From an uncultured Sphingobacterium sp. (GTDB lineage: Bacteria > Bacteroidota > Bacteroidia > Sphingobacteriales > Sphingobacteriaceae), in assembly GCA_964516035.1 (NCBI GenBank), contig CAZFAE010000003.1, forward strand, positions 590-64,589: 64,000 bases of DNA, read 5' to 3'. Positions 29,962 to 41,000 of the stretch are shown piece after piece. A model generated the notes under the pieces. The model had not been told where the DNA came from. It ran no database searches and saw only the letters and a list, made by a program, of their open reading frames with translations. Within the stretch, counting starts at the first letter, position 1. Each line of letters begins with the position of its first letter. Both the position numbers and the translations under genes were made by a program.

Positions 29962-29993
29962 AGTGGTGGCACGAATTGATTCGTGCCACCACT
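29962..29993 (-). terminator. GC-rich hairpin immediately 3' of the BNR/sortilin gene
   Basis: agtggtggcacgaat-tg-attcgtgccaccact lies 4 nt beyond the stop codon. No U-tract follows. Confidence 0.55.
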
Positions 29994-29997
29994 AAAA

Positions 29998-32900
29998 TTA
30001 ATTCACTCGAATTAAAGGCACCGCTTGTTGAATCATCAGTTCATTAAGGGCTTTCACCTCAACATCCTTAATAGTTTTTAATAAAGTCAGTTGCGTATCA
30101 ATCTGGCTGGCCAATTCGGCATAAACGGCTTTAACCTGCTTGCTTGGCGCATTATAACCCGAAGAGGCCACATCAAACACCCCTGATAATTTATCATTTA
30201 AGCGAATGGGGAAATTCAACACATCCTGAAAACTTTTAGATTTAGTTTGATATAAAGTTTCTTCAATCGTGCTTAGCTTTTTAACCAAAGCATCGGCCAT
30301 ATCTTTCACCTCTTTTGGTGTTTCTTTGCCGCGGCTCAACACCAAATCATTAATCTGGGTTCTGATTTTACGAATTTGCTGAATTCCTTTTTGGGTTTCG
30401 GTAAACTTATCTCTTACCGTGATCAAAAAATCAAATTGGGCTTGGTAATCATCAGCAGACATTAAATAGTTAGGATCTGCTTTTACTACGAAATCTACCG
30501 CAACAGAATCTTTACCAGATTTAATCACGGCTTTATATTTACCCGGTATGGCTTTGGGGCTTCCTACTACTCCATTCCATAAAATCATGCCCTCTACCCG
30601 TTCAGCAGCCGGATAATCCAGATTCCAAACAAACTGATTCATACCCGGTTTTATCTCTATTTTTTCGGCAGCAGTACCCTGAGTACTATAGGTTCTAACC
30701 TTTTTATTTTGAGCATCGTATAAAGCAATAGATAATTGGGTAGAATCTGTTGCCTGCTTCAAATAATAATTAATAATGGCGCCATTCGGCGGATTTTGAC
30801 CTGCGTTCTTCACATTCGGAATAGCGTAACCGGCACGGCGATAGCTTTCTCCCGGCTTAAATGCATGCAAATTCTTAGCAGAAACATCCTCCGATAATTG
30901 CTGAATGGTACTTAAATCATCCAATACCCAAAAAGCACGGCCTTGAGTAGCCACAATCAAATCGTTTTCTTTAATAGTTAAATCGGTAATGGGCACTTCG
31001 GGCAAATTCAACTGAAAGGGTTTCCAGTTAGCACCATCATCAAAAGAAACGTACATACCGTATTCTGTTCCGGCATACAATAATCTCGGGCGTTTTTGAT
31101 CGGCCCGCATTACTCTGGTAAAATGTTTAGCCGGAATACCATTGGTAATCAGTTTCCAGGTTTTTCCATAATCTTCAGTTTTATAAATATATGGTCTAAA
31201 ATCATCAGATTTATAACGGGTACCTACCACATAAGCCCCGCCTTTTTTAAACGGATCGGCATCAATACTATTAAACATCATCCACTCGGGCATACCTTTT
31301 GGCGTAACGTTTTGCCAGTCTTTACCGCCGTTTCTACTCATATATAATAAACCGTCATCACTGCCCGACCATAATAAATCGGCTTCGTAAGGCGATTCCA
31401 TGGCCGTAAAAATAGTTCCGTAATACTCTACACTGGTATTGTCTTTGGTAATTGGGCCACCGCTCGGTCCCTGTTTAGTTTTATCGTTTCGGGTTAAATC
31501 AGGGCTTACCGCTTCCCAAGACTGGCCTTCGTTTTCGGTTTTAAACAACACATTTCCAGCCGCATACAAACGTTTCGGATTGCTTGGCGAAAAGAAAATT
31601 GGGAAATTCCACTGAAAACGGTATTTCAATACATCGGCTCCAGAACCCATCGGGTTATCAGGCCAAACAGAAACCGCACGATTTTCGCCGGTACGGTGAT
31701 CTAAACGAGATAAATAACCGCCATAATTTCCACCATAAACAATTTCCGGATTCAAAGGGTCGGCTACTACATAACCAGATTCGGCACCAGCAGTTTCTTC
31801 CCAATCTCTGTCGGTAATAGCCCCACCATAGGTTCTGGATAAAATGCGGAACGTAGAGTTATCCTGCTGGGCACCTAAAATGCGGTAAGGAAAATGCGTA
31901 TCTGTACTTACCCGGTAAATTTGCGAAGTGGGTTGCGTAGTATCATCGCTCCAATTGGTACCGCCATCAAAACTTACATGGGCACCGCCATCATCGGCAA
32001 CAATCATTCGGTTAGAATCATTGGCATCTATCCACAAATCGTGGTGGTCGCTATGCGGTGTACGGATAGACTGAAAAGTACGGCCACCATCTCTTGAACG
32101 TAAAAAGTTAACATTGAGCACATAAACCTGGTTTTCATTTTTCGGGTCAACAAAAACCTTAGAGTAATACCAGGCCCGCTGACGGATTTCGTTTTCGCTA
32201 TTGGTTTTTGTCCAAGTTTCGCCTGCATCATCAGAACGGAACAAACCACCGGTTTTAGATTCTATAATCGTAAATAACCGGTCTGGATTAGATGGCGCTA
32301 CGGCCACACCTAAAATTCCGAGCGTATCTTTGGGTAAACCCTTGTTTCTGGAAATATTTTTCCAGCTTTCGCCGCCATCGGTACTTTTCCAAAGTCCGCT
32401 GCCTTCGCCGCCGCTCTCCATACTGTGTGGGGTTCTAATTACCCGCCAGGTGGTGGCATAAAATACTTTCGGATTTTCGGGTTCCATTACCAAATCAACA
32501 GCACCGGCTAAATTGTTGGCAAACAAAGTTTTCTTCCAGGTTTTACCGCCATCGGTGGTTTTAAAAACACCGCGTTCATCATTAGGGCCAAATAAATGAC
32601 CTACTGCAGCTACCCAAACCACATCCGGGTTTTTAGGATGTACAATAATCCGGGTAATATGCCGGGTATCTTTTAAACCCAGATTTTTCCAGCTTCGGCC
32701 ACCATCATCACTCTTCCACATGCCGTTTAAGCCTTCGCTCACATTACCACGCATGGTATTTTCACCTTCGCCTACATATATTATAGATGGATCCGAGGGC
32801 GCCAGGGCTACCGCACCAATGGTACTGCCAAAATATTTATCTGAAATGTTTTTCCAGTTATTACCGCCATCCCCTGTTTTCCAAACACCGCCACCGGTGG

Positions 32901-33117
32901 CGCCCATATAAAACACATTTTTCTGATTCAGGTCGCCCACTACGGCCGCACTTCGGCCGCCACGAAAAGGACCGATTAAACGGTAATTCATTCCGCTGTA
33001 CAATACACTATCGTAGGCAAAACGCGAATTTTGTTTGACTGATGTTTTAGCTCCTTTTTGTGCAAAAGCAGAAAAGAAAGCCAAAAAAGCAAGGGAAAGG
33101 ATCGTAATTTTTCTCAT
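29998..33117 (-). CDS. Secreted BNR/Asp-box repeat, sortilin/VPS10-type double-propeller protein (glycosyl-hydrolase-like), paralog 1
   Basis: 1039 aa with a signal peptide and about 11 Asp-boxes (for example TGDGGNNWKN, SDDGGRSWKN, TTDGGKTWKK, STDGGESWKN, TEDYGKTWKL). Confidence 0.85.
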   Translation of the reverse strand: MRKITILSLAFLAFFSAFAQKGAKTSVKQNSRFAYDSVLYSGMNYRLIGPFRGGRSAAVVGDLNQKNVFYMGATGGGVWKTGDGGNNWKNISDKYFGSTIGAVALAPSDPSIIYVGEGENTMRGNVSEGLNGMWKSDDGGRSWKNLGLKDTRHITRIIVHPKNPDVVWVAAVGHLFGPNDERGVFKTTDGGKTWKKTLFANNLAGAVDLVMEPENPKVFYATTWRVIRTPHSMESGGEGSGLWKSTDGGESWKNISRNKGLPKDTLGILGVAVAPSNPDRLFTIIESKTGGLFRSDDAGETWTKTNSENEIRQRAWYYSKVFVDPKNENQVYVLNVNFLRSRDGGRTFQSIRTPHSDHHDLWIDANDSNRMIVADDGGAHVSFDGGTNWSDDTTQPTSQIYRVSTDTHFPYRILGAQQDNSTFRILSRTYGGAITDRDWEETAGAESGYVVADPLNPEIVYGGNYGGYLSRLDHRTGENRAVSVWPDNPMGSGADVLKYRFQWNFPIFFSPSNPKRLYAAGNVLFKTENEGQSWEAVSPDLTRNDKTKQGPSGGPITKDNTSVEYYGTIFTAMESPYEADLLWSGSDDGLLYMSRNGGKDWQNVTPKGMPEWMMFNSIDADPFKKGGAYVVGTRYKSDDFRPYIYKTEDYGKTWKLITNGIPAKHFTRVMRADQKRPRLLYAGTEYGMYVSFDDGANWKPFQLNLPEVPITDLTIKENDLIVATQGRAFWVLDDLSTIQQLSEDVSAKNLHAFKPGESYRRAGYAIPNVKNAGQNPPNGAIINYYLKQATDSTQLSIALYDAQNKKVRTYSTQGTAAEKIEIKPGMNQFVWNLDYPAAERVEGMILWNGVVGSPKAIPGKYKAVIKSGKDSVAVDFVVKADPNYLMSADDYQAQFDFLITVRDKFTETQKGIQQIRKIRTQINDLVLSRGKETPKEVKDMADALVKKLSTIEETLYQTKSKSFQDVLNFPIRLNDKLSGVFDVASSGYNAPSKQVKAVYAELASQIDTQLTLLKTIKDVEVKALNELMIQQAVPLIRVN

Positions 33118-33257
33118 ATATTTTCAATTGGAAACGTTAAAGTAAACATTTTCAACGCTATAAAAAATCAGATGGCTTTTCGTAATAGATAAATTACATC
33201 TTATATTTAAATATTAAACCTTTTACCCTATACCTTTTACCCCTTACCTAAGAAAAA

Positions 33258-34097
33258 ATGAAATTACATACCATTAATACCGGCTTATTTAAATTAGATG
33301 GCGGTGCCATGTTTGGCGTGGTGCCTAAAACCATGTGGCAAAAACTGGTACCCCCCGATGAAAATAACATGTGCAGCTGGGCCATGCGTTGCCTTTTGGT
33401 AGAAGATGGTAATCGCTTAATTCTCATTGATAATGGCATTGGCGATAAACAGGACGCTAAATTTAAAGGCCATTTCCATTTGCATGGCGATGATACTTTA
33501 GATAAATCTCTTCATAAACTGGGATTTGATAAATCAGATATTACAGATGTTTTTCTCACGCATTTACATTTCGATCATTGCGGTGGCTCCATCATCCGCG
33601 AAGGCGAAAAACTAAAACCTGCATTTGAAAATGCGACTTACTGGAGCAATGAAAAGCATTGGAATTGGGCTATTGAGCCCAACGACCGCGAAAAAGCATC
33701 GTTTTTAAAAGAAAACATTTTACCGATTCAGGAAAGCGGGCAATTGAGATTTATTGCCGACCAGGATGGGATTGATTTTGCAGAAAACATTAAAATTCGT
33801 TTTGCTTATGGCCATACCGATGCCATGATGCTGCCTCAAATTGAATACAAAGGCAAAACAATAGTTTACATGGCCGATTTATTGCCTTCGGCGGCACATT
33901 TACCCATTCCTTATGTAATGGCTTACGATATGTTTCCGTTGCAAACGCTAAAAGAGAAAAAAGCATTTTTAGAAGAAGCTCAGGCTAAAGATTATATCCT
34001 CTATTTTGAGCACGATGCGGTAAACGAATGTGCCAGCTTACAGCAAACCGAAAAAGGCATCCGCGTAAGCGAAACTTTTAAATTAAGCGAATTATAA
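33258..34097 (+). CDS. MBL-fold metallo-hydrolase
   Basis: 'LTHLHFDHCGG' HxHxDH motif; 279 aa. Confidence 0.85.
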   Translation: MKLHTINTGLFKLDGGAMFGVVPKTMWQKLVPPDENNMCSWAMRCLLVEDGNRLILIDNGIGDKQDAKFKGHFHLHGDDTLDKSLHKLGFDKSDITDVFLTHLHFDHCGGSIIREGEKLKPAFENATYWSNEKHWNWAIEPNDREKASFLKENILPIQESGQLRFIADQDGIDFAENIKIRFAYGHTDAMMLPQIEYKGKTIVYMADLLPSAAHLPIPYVMAYDMFPLQTLKEKKAFLEEAQAKDYILYFEHDAVNECASLQQTEKGIRVSETFKLSEL

Positions 34098-34116
34098 AAT
34101 CCCATACATTTGACAA

Positions 34117-34148
34117 AAAGCTTGCTAAATGGTACTTTAGCAAGCTTT
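34117..34148. terminator. 13-bp perfect inverted repeat between the MBL gene and smc (terminator or operator)
   Basis: aaagcttgctaaa-tggtac-tttagcaagcttt, 13 nt upstream of the smc ATG. Confidence 0.45.
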
Positions 34149-34160
34149 CGTATTAAATAG

Positions 34161-37100
34161 ATGCAACTCACCCGTTTAGAAATTAAAGGATTCAAAAGTT
34201 TTGGCGACAAAATCACCATCAACTTCAACGAAGGCGTAACCGCCATTGTGGGTCCGAACGGCTGTGGAAAATCGAATGTTGTTGATGCCATACGCTGGGT
34301 TTTGGGCGAGCAAAGCACCCGTATGCTGCGTTCTGAAAAGATGGAAAACATCATTTTTAACGGCACCAAAAACCGCAAGCCTTCTAACCTGGCCGAAGTT
34401 TCTTTAACTTTTGATAATACCAAAAACGTTTTACCCACCGAATTTTCGCAGGTTACGCTTACGCGGAAGCTGTACCGCAGCGGCGAAAGCGAATATCGTT
34501 TAAACGATGTGCAATGCCGTTTGAAAGACATTACCGATTTATTTCTCGATACCGGAATTGGATCAGACTCCTACTCTATTATTGAGTTGAAAATGATTGA
34601 CGAGATTATCGCCAATAAAGAAAACTCCCGCCGGGCTTTATTTGAAGAAGCTTCGGGCATATCTAAATATAAGCTTCGCAAAAAACAAACCTTCTCTAAA
34701 CTAAAAGATACCGAGGCCGATTTAAGCCGGGTGGAAGATATTTTGTTTGAGATTGACAAAAACCTGAAAACCTTAGAAAATCAGGCCAAAAAAGCGGAGC
34801 GTTATTATAAGTTAAAAGAACAATACAAGGCCTTAAGTGTATTATTAGCTTCTTTCCGCATTATTAGCTACCGCGATGCTTTGGCTACGCTGGAAGAACA
34901 GGAATTGCAACAAAGCGATGGCAAATCGGCCATTAGCACCGCCATTGATACTTTAGAGGCCGCGTTACAACAGCAAAAGCTAGATAGCCTGAACAAAGAA
35001 AAGAACTTAGGTGTACAGCAAAAAGCCACCAACGAATATGTTTCTAAAATCAGGACATACGAGAGCGATAAAAAACTCAAAAACGAACAATTACGCTTTT
35101 TAGAAGATAAAGAATCACGATTAAAAGGCGAACTGGAGAAAGACAAAAACCAGCTAAACCACGTCATTTATAACCAAAAACGCTTGCAGGAAGAATTGAT
35201 TCAGGAAAATGAATTGTTCAAAAACCTGCAAACCGAACTAGAAAAACAAAAAACTCAGGTTGATGTACTCCGCCAGCAACAGCAAGAAGCCCGAACACAG
35301 CTAGACCAGGTGGCTAAAGACAATGGCGTTTTTCAAAACGAATTACATCAGCTGGAAAAAAATCTGGCTATTTTACATATTCAGAAAGACGCTTTACAGC
35401 AAGAAAGCACCCGAAATGTGACGGATGCACAATCTAAAGAAGTAGAGCTAAACGAATTCAATAAGGTTTTAGCCGATTTAGAAAACCGTCTGCAAAGCCA
35501 AAAACAGGAATTTGAACTGGCTCAACAACTGGAAGCCGATTTGCAGGAACAAATTGTACAAAGCCAGCACGTTTTAGAACAGCAAAAGCAAGAATTGAGC
35601 AGCGAAAGCCGCAAACTGGATGCCAAACAGAACGAATACAACCTTACCAAATCAATGGTGGATAATCTGGAAGGCTTTCCGGAATCTATCCGTTTTTTGA
35701 AAAAGAATACCAATTGGACGAAACAGGCTCCCCTATTTTCGGATATTTTATTTTGTAAGGAAGAATACCGCATTGCCATAGAAAATTATTTGGAACCGGT
35801 AATGAATCATTATGTGGTACAAACCCAGGCCGAGGCGGTTGAAGCCATCCAATTATTAAGCAATTCGGCACAGGGCAGAGCTAATTTCTTTATTCTGGAT
35901 GCTGTTAAAGCTAAAAAAACAGAAAAACCAGATTCGAAGCAAAACCTGATTTCTGCTTTAGATATTATTGAGGTTGATGTGCAATACCGTCTGCTTTGCG
36001 AAATGCTTTTGCATGAGGTGTATTTGATTAAATCTGGCGAAGAGGCGGAGTTAAAGACCGCATTACCCGAAACTAATCAAATTATTTTGAGCAGTAGCGG
36101 TAAATTCAGCAAAAACCGGATGGGGATGTCAGGCGGTTCGGTAGGTTTATTTGAGGGCAAGCGTATTGGCCGAGCTAAGAACCTCGAAAATCTGGCTAAA
36201 GAAATTAAGAGTTTAGCAAATAATGTGGCTAAACTGGCTGCATCTATTGAACAGGAAAGTCAGAAACTGGAAACCTTAAAATCGGCTTCGCAAAAAACAC
36301 AAAACCAGCAAAAAGAACAGGCATTTAACAGCCTGAATAACGAATATATTTCTATTAAAACCAAGCAGGAGCAATACTTGGCTTTTATGGAAAACAGCCG
36401 AAACCGCAAACAGGATATTGAGGCAAAAATGGCAGGCATTGCCAAAGAAATTGAAACCGCCGAACCTCGTTTGGCCGAAATGAAAGCTGAACAAGAAATT
36501 AAACAAAACAAATACGGGCAATTACAGCAGCAATACCAGGTTTTAGCAGATAAGCTGACCAATGAATCTACGCTGTATAACCAGGAAAATATCCGTTTCC
36601 ATCAGCAACAGAATAAGGTTTCGGGTTTAGAAAAAGACCTGGAATACCGAAGCAGTCAGCATAAAAACCTGAGTGAAAATATTGAAAACCATACTGCCGA
36701 ATTGCTAAAAGCTCAGGCAGATATTAAAGAAACGCTGCAGCATGTTGATCATTCTGATGGGGATTTAATTGCCATGTACGCCCAAAAAGAAGCTTTAGAA
36801 AAAGGTCTGCAGGAATTGGAACAGGAATATTATGCAAGCCGAGGTGCCATTACCGAAGCAGAAAATGCCATAGCCGAGAAACGCCGCCAAAAAGAACAAA
36901 CTGAACTGCTGGCTAATGAGATTAAGGATAAAAAAACAGCGCTTAAATTAGAACTCAACGCCTTAAAAGAACGTTTATCGGTAGAATTTTCTATTGATAT
37001 TGAAGATTTACTGGATACCGAAATTCCGGAAGGCGAAAACGAGGAGGATTTGAAAGAAAAAACTGATAAACTGAAACGCCAATTGGAAGATTTTGGCGCC

Positions 37101-37697
37101 ATTAACCCAATGGCGATGGAAGCTTACCAGGAAATGAGTGAACGTGTTGAGTTTATTCAGGCGCAGAAAAAAGATTTATTGGATGCCAAAGCCTCCTTAC
37201 TGGAAACCATTAAAGAAATAGACGATACTGCCCGGGCCAAGTTTATGCAAGCCTTTACCCAGGTTCGGGAGCATTTTATTGAAGTTTTCCGTTCTTTATT
37301 TAATGAAGAAGATTCTTGCGATTTGGTTCTCTCCGATCCCGAAAATCCATTAGAATCTGATATTGAAATTATGGCACGGCCAAAAGGCAAACGCCCACTT
37401 TCTATCAACCAGCTTTCTGGCGGGGAAAAAACATTGACGGCAACTGCCCTGCTTTTCTCGCTTTACCTTTTGAAACCAGCTCCTTTCTGCATTTTTGATG
37501 AGGTAGATGCTCCGCTGGACGATACCAATATTGATAAATTCAATAATATTATCCGCAAATTCTCTAACCAATCGCAATTTATTGTAGTATCGCACAACAA
37601 ACGCACCATTGCCAGCACCGATATTATTTATGGTGTAACCATGGTAGAACAAGGCGTTTCTAAAGTAGTGGCAGTAGATATGCGGGAAGTGGCATAG
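34161..37697 (+). CDS. smc: Chromosome segregation protein SMC
   Basis: 1178 aa. Walker A GPNGCGKSN, long coiled coils, hinge, signature LSGGEK, Walker B FCIFDEVDAPLD. Confidence 0.95.
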   Translation: MQLTRLEIKGFKSFGDKITINFNEGVTAIVGPNGCGKSNVVDAIRWVLGEQSTRMLRSEKMENIIFNGTKNRKPSNLAEVSLTFDNTKNVLPTEFSQVTLTRKLYRSGESEYRLNDVQCRLKDITDLFLDTGIGSDSYSIIELKMIDEIIANKENSRRALFEEASGISKYKLRKKQTFSKLKDTEADLSRVEDILFEIDKNLKTLENQAKKAERYYKLKEQYKALSVLLASFRIISYRDALATLEEQELQQSDGKSAISTAIDTLEAALQQQKLDSLNKEKNLGVQQKATNEYVSKIRTYESDKKLKNEQLRFLEDKESRLKGELEKDKNQLNHVIYNQKRLQEELIQENELFKNLQTELEKQKTQVDVLRQQQQEARTQLDQVAKDNGVFQNELHQLEKNLAILHIQKDALQQESTRNVTDAQSKEVELNEFNKVLADLENRLQSQKQEFELAQQLEADLQEQIVQSQHVLEQQKQELSSESRKLDAKQNEYNLTKSMVDNLEGFPESIRFLKKNTNWTKQAPLFSDILFCKEEYRIAIENYLEPVMNHYVVQTQAEAVEAIQLLSNSAQGRANFFILDAVKAKKTEKPDSKQNLISALDIIEVDVQYRLLCEMLLHEVYLIKSGEEAELKTALPETNQIILSSSGKFSKNRMGMSGGSVGLFEGKRIGRAKNLENLAKEIKSLANNVAKLAASIEQESQKLETLKSASQKTQNQQKEQAFNSLNNEYISIKTKQEQYLAFMENSRNRKQDIEAKMAGIAKEIETAEPRLAEMKAEQEIKQNKYGQLQQQYQVLADKLTNESTLYNQENIRFHQQQNKVSGLEKDLEYRSSQHKNLSENIENHTAELLKAQADIKETLQHVDHSDGDLIAMYAQKEALEKGLQELEQEYYASRGAITEAENAIAEKRRQKEQTELLANEIKDKKTALKLELNALKERLSVEFSIDIEDLLDTEIPEGENEEDLKEKTDKLKRQLEDFGAINPMAMEAYQEMSERVEFIQAQKKDLLDAKASLLETIKEIDDTARAKFMQAFTQVREHFIEVFRSLFNEEDSCDLVLSDPENPLESDIEIMARPKGKRPLSINQLSGGEKTLTATALLFSLYLLKPAPFCIFDEVDAPLDDTNIDKFNNIIRKFSNQSQFIVVSHNKRTIASTDIIYGVTMVEQGVSKVVAVDMREVA

Positions 37698-37933
37698 TTT
37701 GGGGATTTATTGATTAGTTTATCAATTACGTTCTGCTTGAAATTCAAGCGATTACACTTAAATCACGAACATTGAATAAGAGATAACCGAAGTTTATAAT
37801 CCCATATAGCAATTCAAAACAAGCGAAAATCGGTAAGCAAAATCAGAATGGTAAAACACTATGTACCTAATGCCAATCAGGTTTACTTCAAAAATCAAAT
37901 CCAGACTTAATCAATTAAAAGCAATTCAGTTTC

Positions 37934-37965
37934 AAAAAAAAGCCTTCCGAAATTAATCGGAAGGC
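37934..37965 (-). terminator. Rho-independent terminator of the second BNR/sortilin gene
   Basis: The minus strand reads gccttccg-attaattt-cggaaggc followed by tttttttt. Confidence 0.75.
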
Positions 37966-38028
37966 TTTTGAGATTTATGGGTTTTACCCCCAACTCCTAA
38001 TAAAACAAGGAGTGGAATTAGTTATTAA

Positions 38029-41000
38029 TTATTGTATAGGCGTGTAGGTTTTAAAAAGATTGATTTTGGTTTCTTCTACTTTCTTTTGGAAAGCAGCCCA
38101 ATCTGTAGTAAAATATCCATTTACACGGCCTACAAACACTTTAGTTAATTCTTCTGCCTGTACAATAGTATTGATATCTTGAGCATTGGGAACCATCGGT
38201 TTAGCAGTGAGGGCTCCACGGGCCTCATTAATTTTAGTGAGAGCGGTTAATTGGTATAAACGGCCATAGCCTTGTTTTTCTAAACGTTTACCAAACAGTA
38301 TTTCTTTTATTTTTTTGATACTGTCTTGTTGTGCTTTAACAGATTTAAGCAATTCTTTGGCTTCTTTGGTATCGAGGCCGTTGAGCTGTGCATTTACTTT
38401 TTCGGCAATGCCGTTTGCCTCATCTAAGCGTTCTGTAGCTTGGTTAAGTTTCTCGATAGTCTGATTTAAACGGTCTAATTGTGTACGCTTGGCGATAGCA
38501 ATCTCGTTAGAATAAGGCAAGCGTGGGTCGGGCTGAATTTCTACGCTGGTAGAATCTTTGGCATTGCCGTAGTACAATACAACTTTGTATTTACCCGGCA
38601 AGGCTGTATAACCTCCTGGCTCAGCACTGGCTGCTCTGCCACCACGACCGCTACCCTGACCGGGATAGCGGATTCCTTTTTCTTCCAATCCCCAATCTAG
38701 ATAATTTAAGCCGGTATCAATTTTAGCCAGCTTAAGTGTTCTGATTAGTTTTTGCTGATCATTATATATTTTAGCCGTTAGGGTATCTTTTGCTGCTTTG
38801 TTAGTAGCTTTTAAAGCCGTACTGGGCTTTTGCAAGAAAGAAATTTTGGCCCGACCAAAACTACGGTTAGTTGCTTCGTAAGTGGCATCGCCGGCAAATT
38901 CTACGCCCACCGGGGCAAGTGTTCCTTGTACATCAATGGCTGGCGCTGCATCAAATACCATAAAATCTTTGAGTGGTTGAGCGGCAATTTTGCGTAAAGG
39001 TCTGATATCGTCTAACACCCAAATACCACGACCAAAGGTGCCCATCACCAAATCGGCTTCGCGTTCCTGGATGGCCAAATCCATGGTTGAAACGGATGGA
39101 TATTCGTTTTTCCACTGCTGCCAGTTTTTTCCTTCGTCGAAACTTAACCATAAGCCGTTTTCGGTTCCGGCAAATACCAAACGAGGTTCTACGGGATCTT
39201 GCAGTATGGATAAAGCATAGCCTTTTACATTTTTATCGCTCAAAATGCGTTCCCAGGTTTTACCAAAATCTTTGGTTCGGAATACGTATGGGGCCATATC
39301 GCCCTGGCGGTAATTGTTGGCTACTACCCAAGCTTCGGCAGCATTATAGCGTGATGCCTGTATTTGCGGAATCCAGCTTTCTTTGGGTAAACCGGTAATT
39401 TTCGGAGTTAGATTAGTCCAGGTTTTACCGCCATCGCGGCTAAGCTGTACGTTTCCATCATCTGTTCCCACCCAAATTACTTCGCTGTTTAGGCTGCTTG
39501 GTGCAATGGTTAAAATAGTATTGTGATTTTCTGCTGCGGTAACATCAATGGTTAGTCCACCGCTTTGCTCCTGCTTTTGCTGTTCCGGGTTATTAAGTGT
39601 TAAATCTCCGGAAATAATTTCCCAGGTAATGCCTTTGTCTGTGCTTTTATGTACAAACTGGCTTCCGTAATAAATGGTGTTTTTATTGGTTGGCGATTGC
39701 GCAAATGCAGCATTCCAGTTAAAACGTAAACGGGTTTTTAAATCGGGTGCCGGCGGGCGAATGCCGTACGTAAATCCGGTTTGCTTGTCGTAACGGGCCA
39801 ATGCACCTCCCTGAGACATGGCATAACCATAACGGCTATTTTCAGGATCTGGAGTTACATCGAAACCATCGCCGCCCAAAACGGTTTGCCAATAGGCATT
39901 GCGAATGCCGCCTTCTCTCCAAACATAAGCCGGACCAATCCATGAACCGTTATCCTGCAAACCGCCATATACATTATAAGGCATTTCGTTATCAACATTT
40001 ACATGGTAAAATTGACCTAAAGGCAATGATTCTACATAAGTCCATTTCTTACCTCTATCCTGGCTGATGGCAATACCACCATCGTTTCCATCAATGATAA
40101 AAGATGGATTTTTGGGATTAATCCAGAAAGCATGGTGATCTGGGTGCACGCCAGAATAAGGAATAATCACTTCAAAGGATTTTCCGCCATCTTCGCTCAT
40201 GCTCACCATTTGGTAAATATTATATAAACGATTTTCATTTTGAGGGTCAATGGCTATATCCTGGAAGTAAAACGGACGGTTGTTTACCCAGGTTGGGTCT
40301 TCGTTTACTGTTTTCCAGTTAAAACCACCGTCTTCTGAACGGTAAAGTGCATTTTTAGAAGATTCTACCATGGCATACATCCGGTTTGGATTGCTGGCTG
40401 CTATCGCGATGCCTATTCTTCCCAAATCGCCTTCAGGCAAACCGTTAGATTTGTTGAGTTTTGTCCAATTTTTACCGCCATCTAAAGTCATATAAAAACC
40501 AGAACCCGGACCACCCGATTTGAAATCGTAGCTGGTGCGTTTCATTTGCCACATGTTTACCAATATTTTATTAGGATTGGATGGATCCATCACCATGTCA
40601 CCAACGCCAGAAAGGTCGTTGGTGTATAATATTTTAGACCAAGTTTCTCCGCCATCAGTAGATTTAAATACACCTCTTTCCGGATGTGCGGCAAAAGGAT
40701 TGCCCAATACGCCGGCATAAACTACTTGTGGGTTTTGCGGGTCGAGCAGAATGCGGTGAATGGCGATACTTTTTTCTAATCCCATACATTTCCAACTGCG
40801 GCCACCGTCTATACTTTTATAAATGCCCTGACCAAGGTTGATAGAATTACGCGGATTGCCTTCGCCGGTACCTACCCAAACAATGCTTGGATTGTTTTGA
40901 TTAACGGCTATAGAACCGATATTGATCGTTGGATTGGCATCAAATATGCTTTTCCAGGTAGTTCCCCCATTTTCAGATTTCCATACTCCGCCAGATGCGG

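Noticed and set aside
29783-29992. 69-aa minus-strand ORF between queG and the BNR gene
   Set aside because: It is composed entirely of two terminator hairpins and the nested palindromic repeat. The composition is not coding-like, so it is a translation artefact of the repeat.
33218-33242. 11-bp direct repeat accttttaccc x2 just upstream of the MBL gene
   Set aside because: It is short, occurs once and is low-complexity. It could be a regulator site, but there is no supporting evidence.
34001-34531. 176-aa minus-strand ORF spanning the MBL gene end and the smc start
   Set aside because: It is antisense to two strongly supported genes and crosses their intergenic hairpin. No motif was recognised.
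34571-37652. Cluster of 60-100-aa antisense ORFs inside smc
   Set aside because: The repetitive Glu/Lys/Gln-rich coiled-coil coding sequence leaves long stop-free antisense frames. The peptides are low-complexity Ser/Phe/Leu/Cys-rich.
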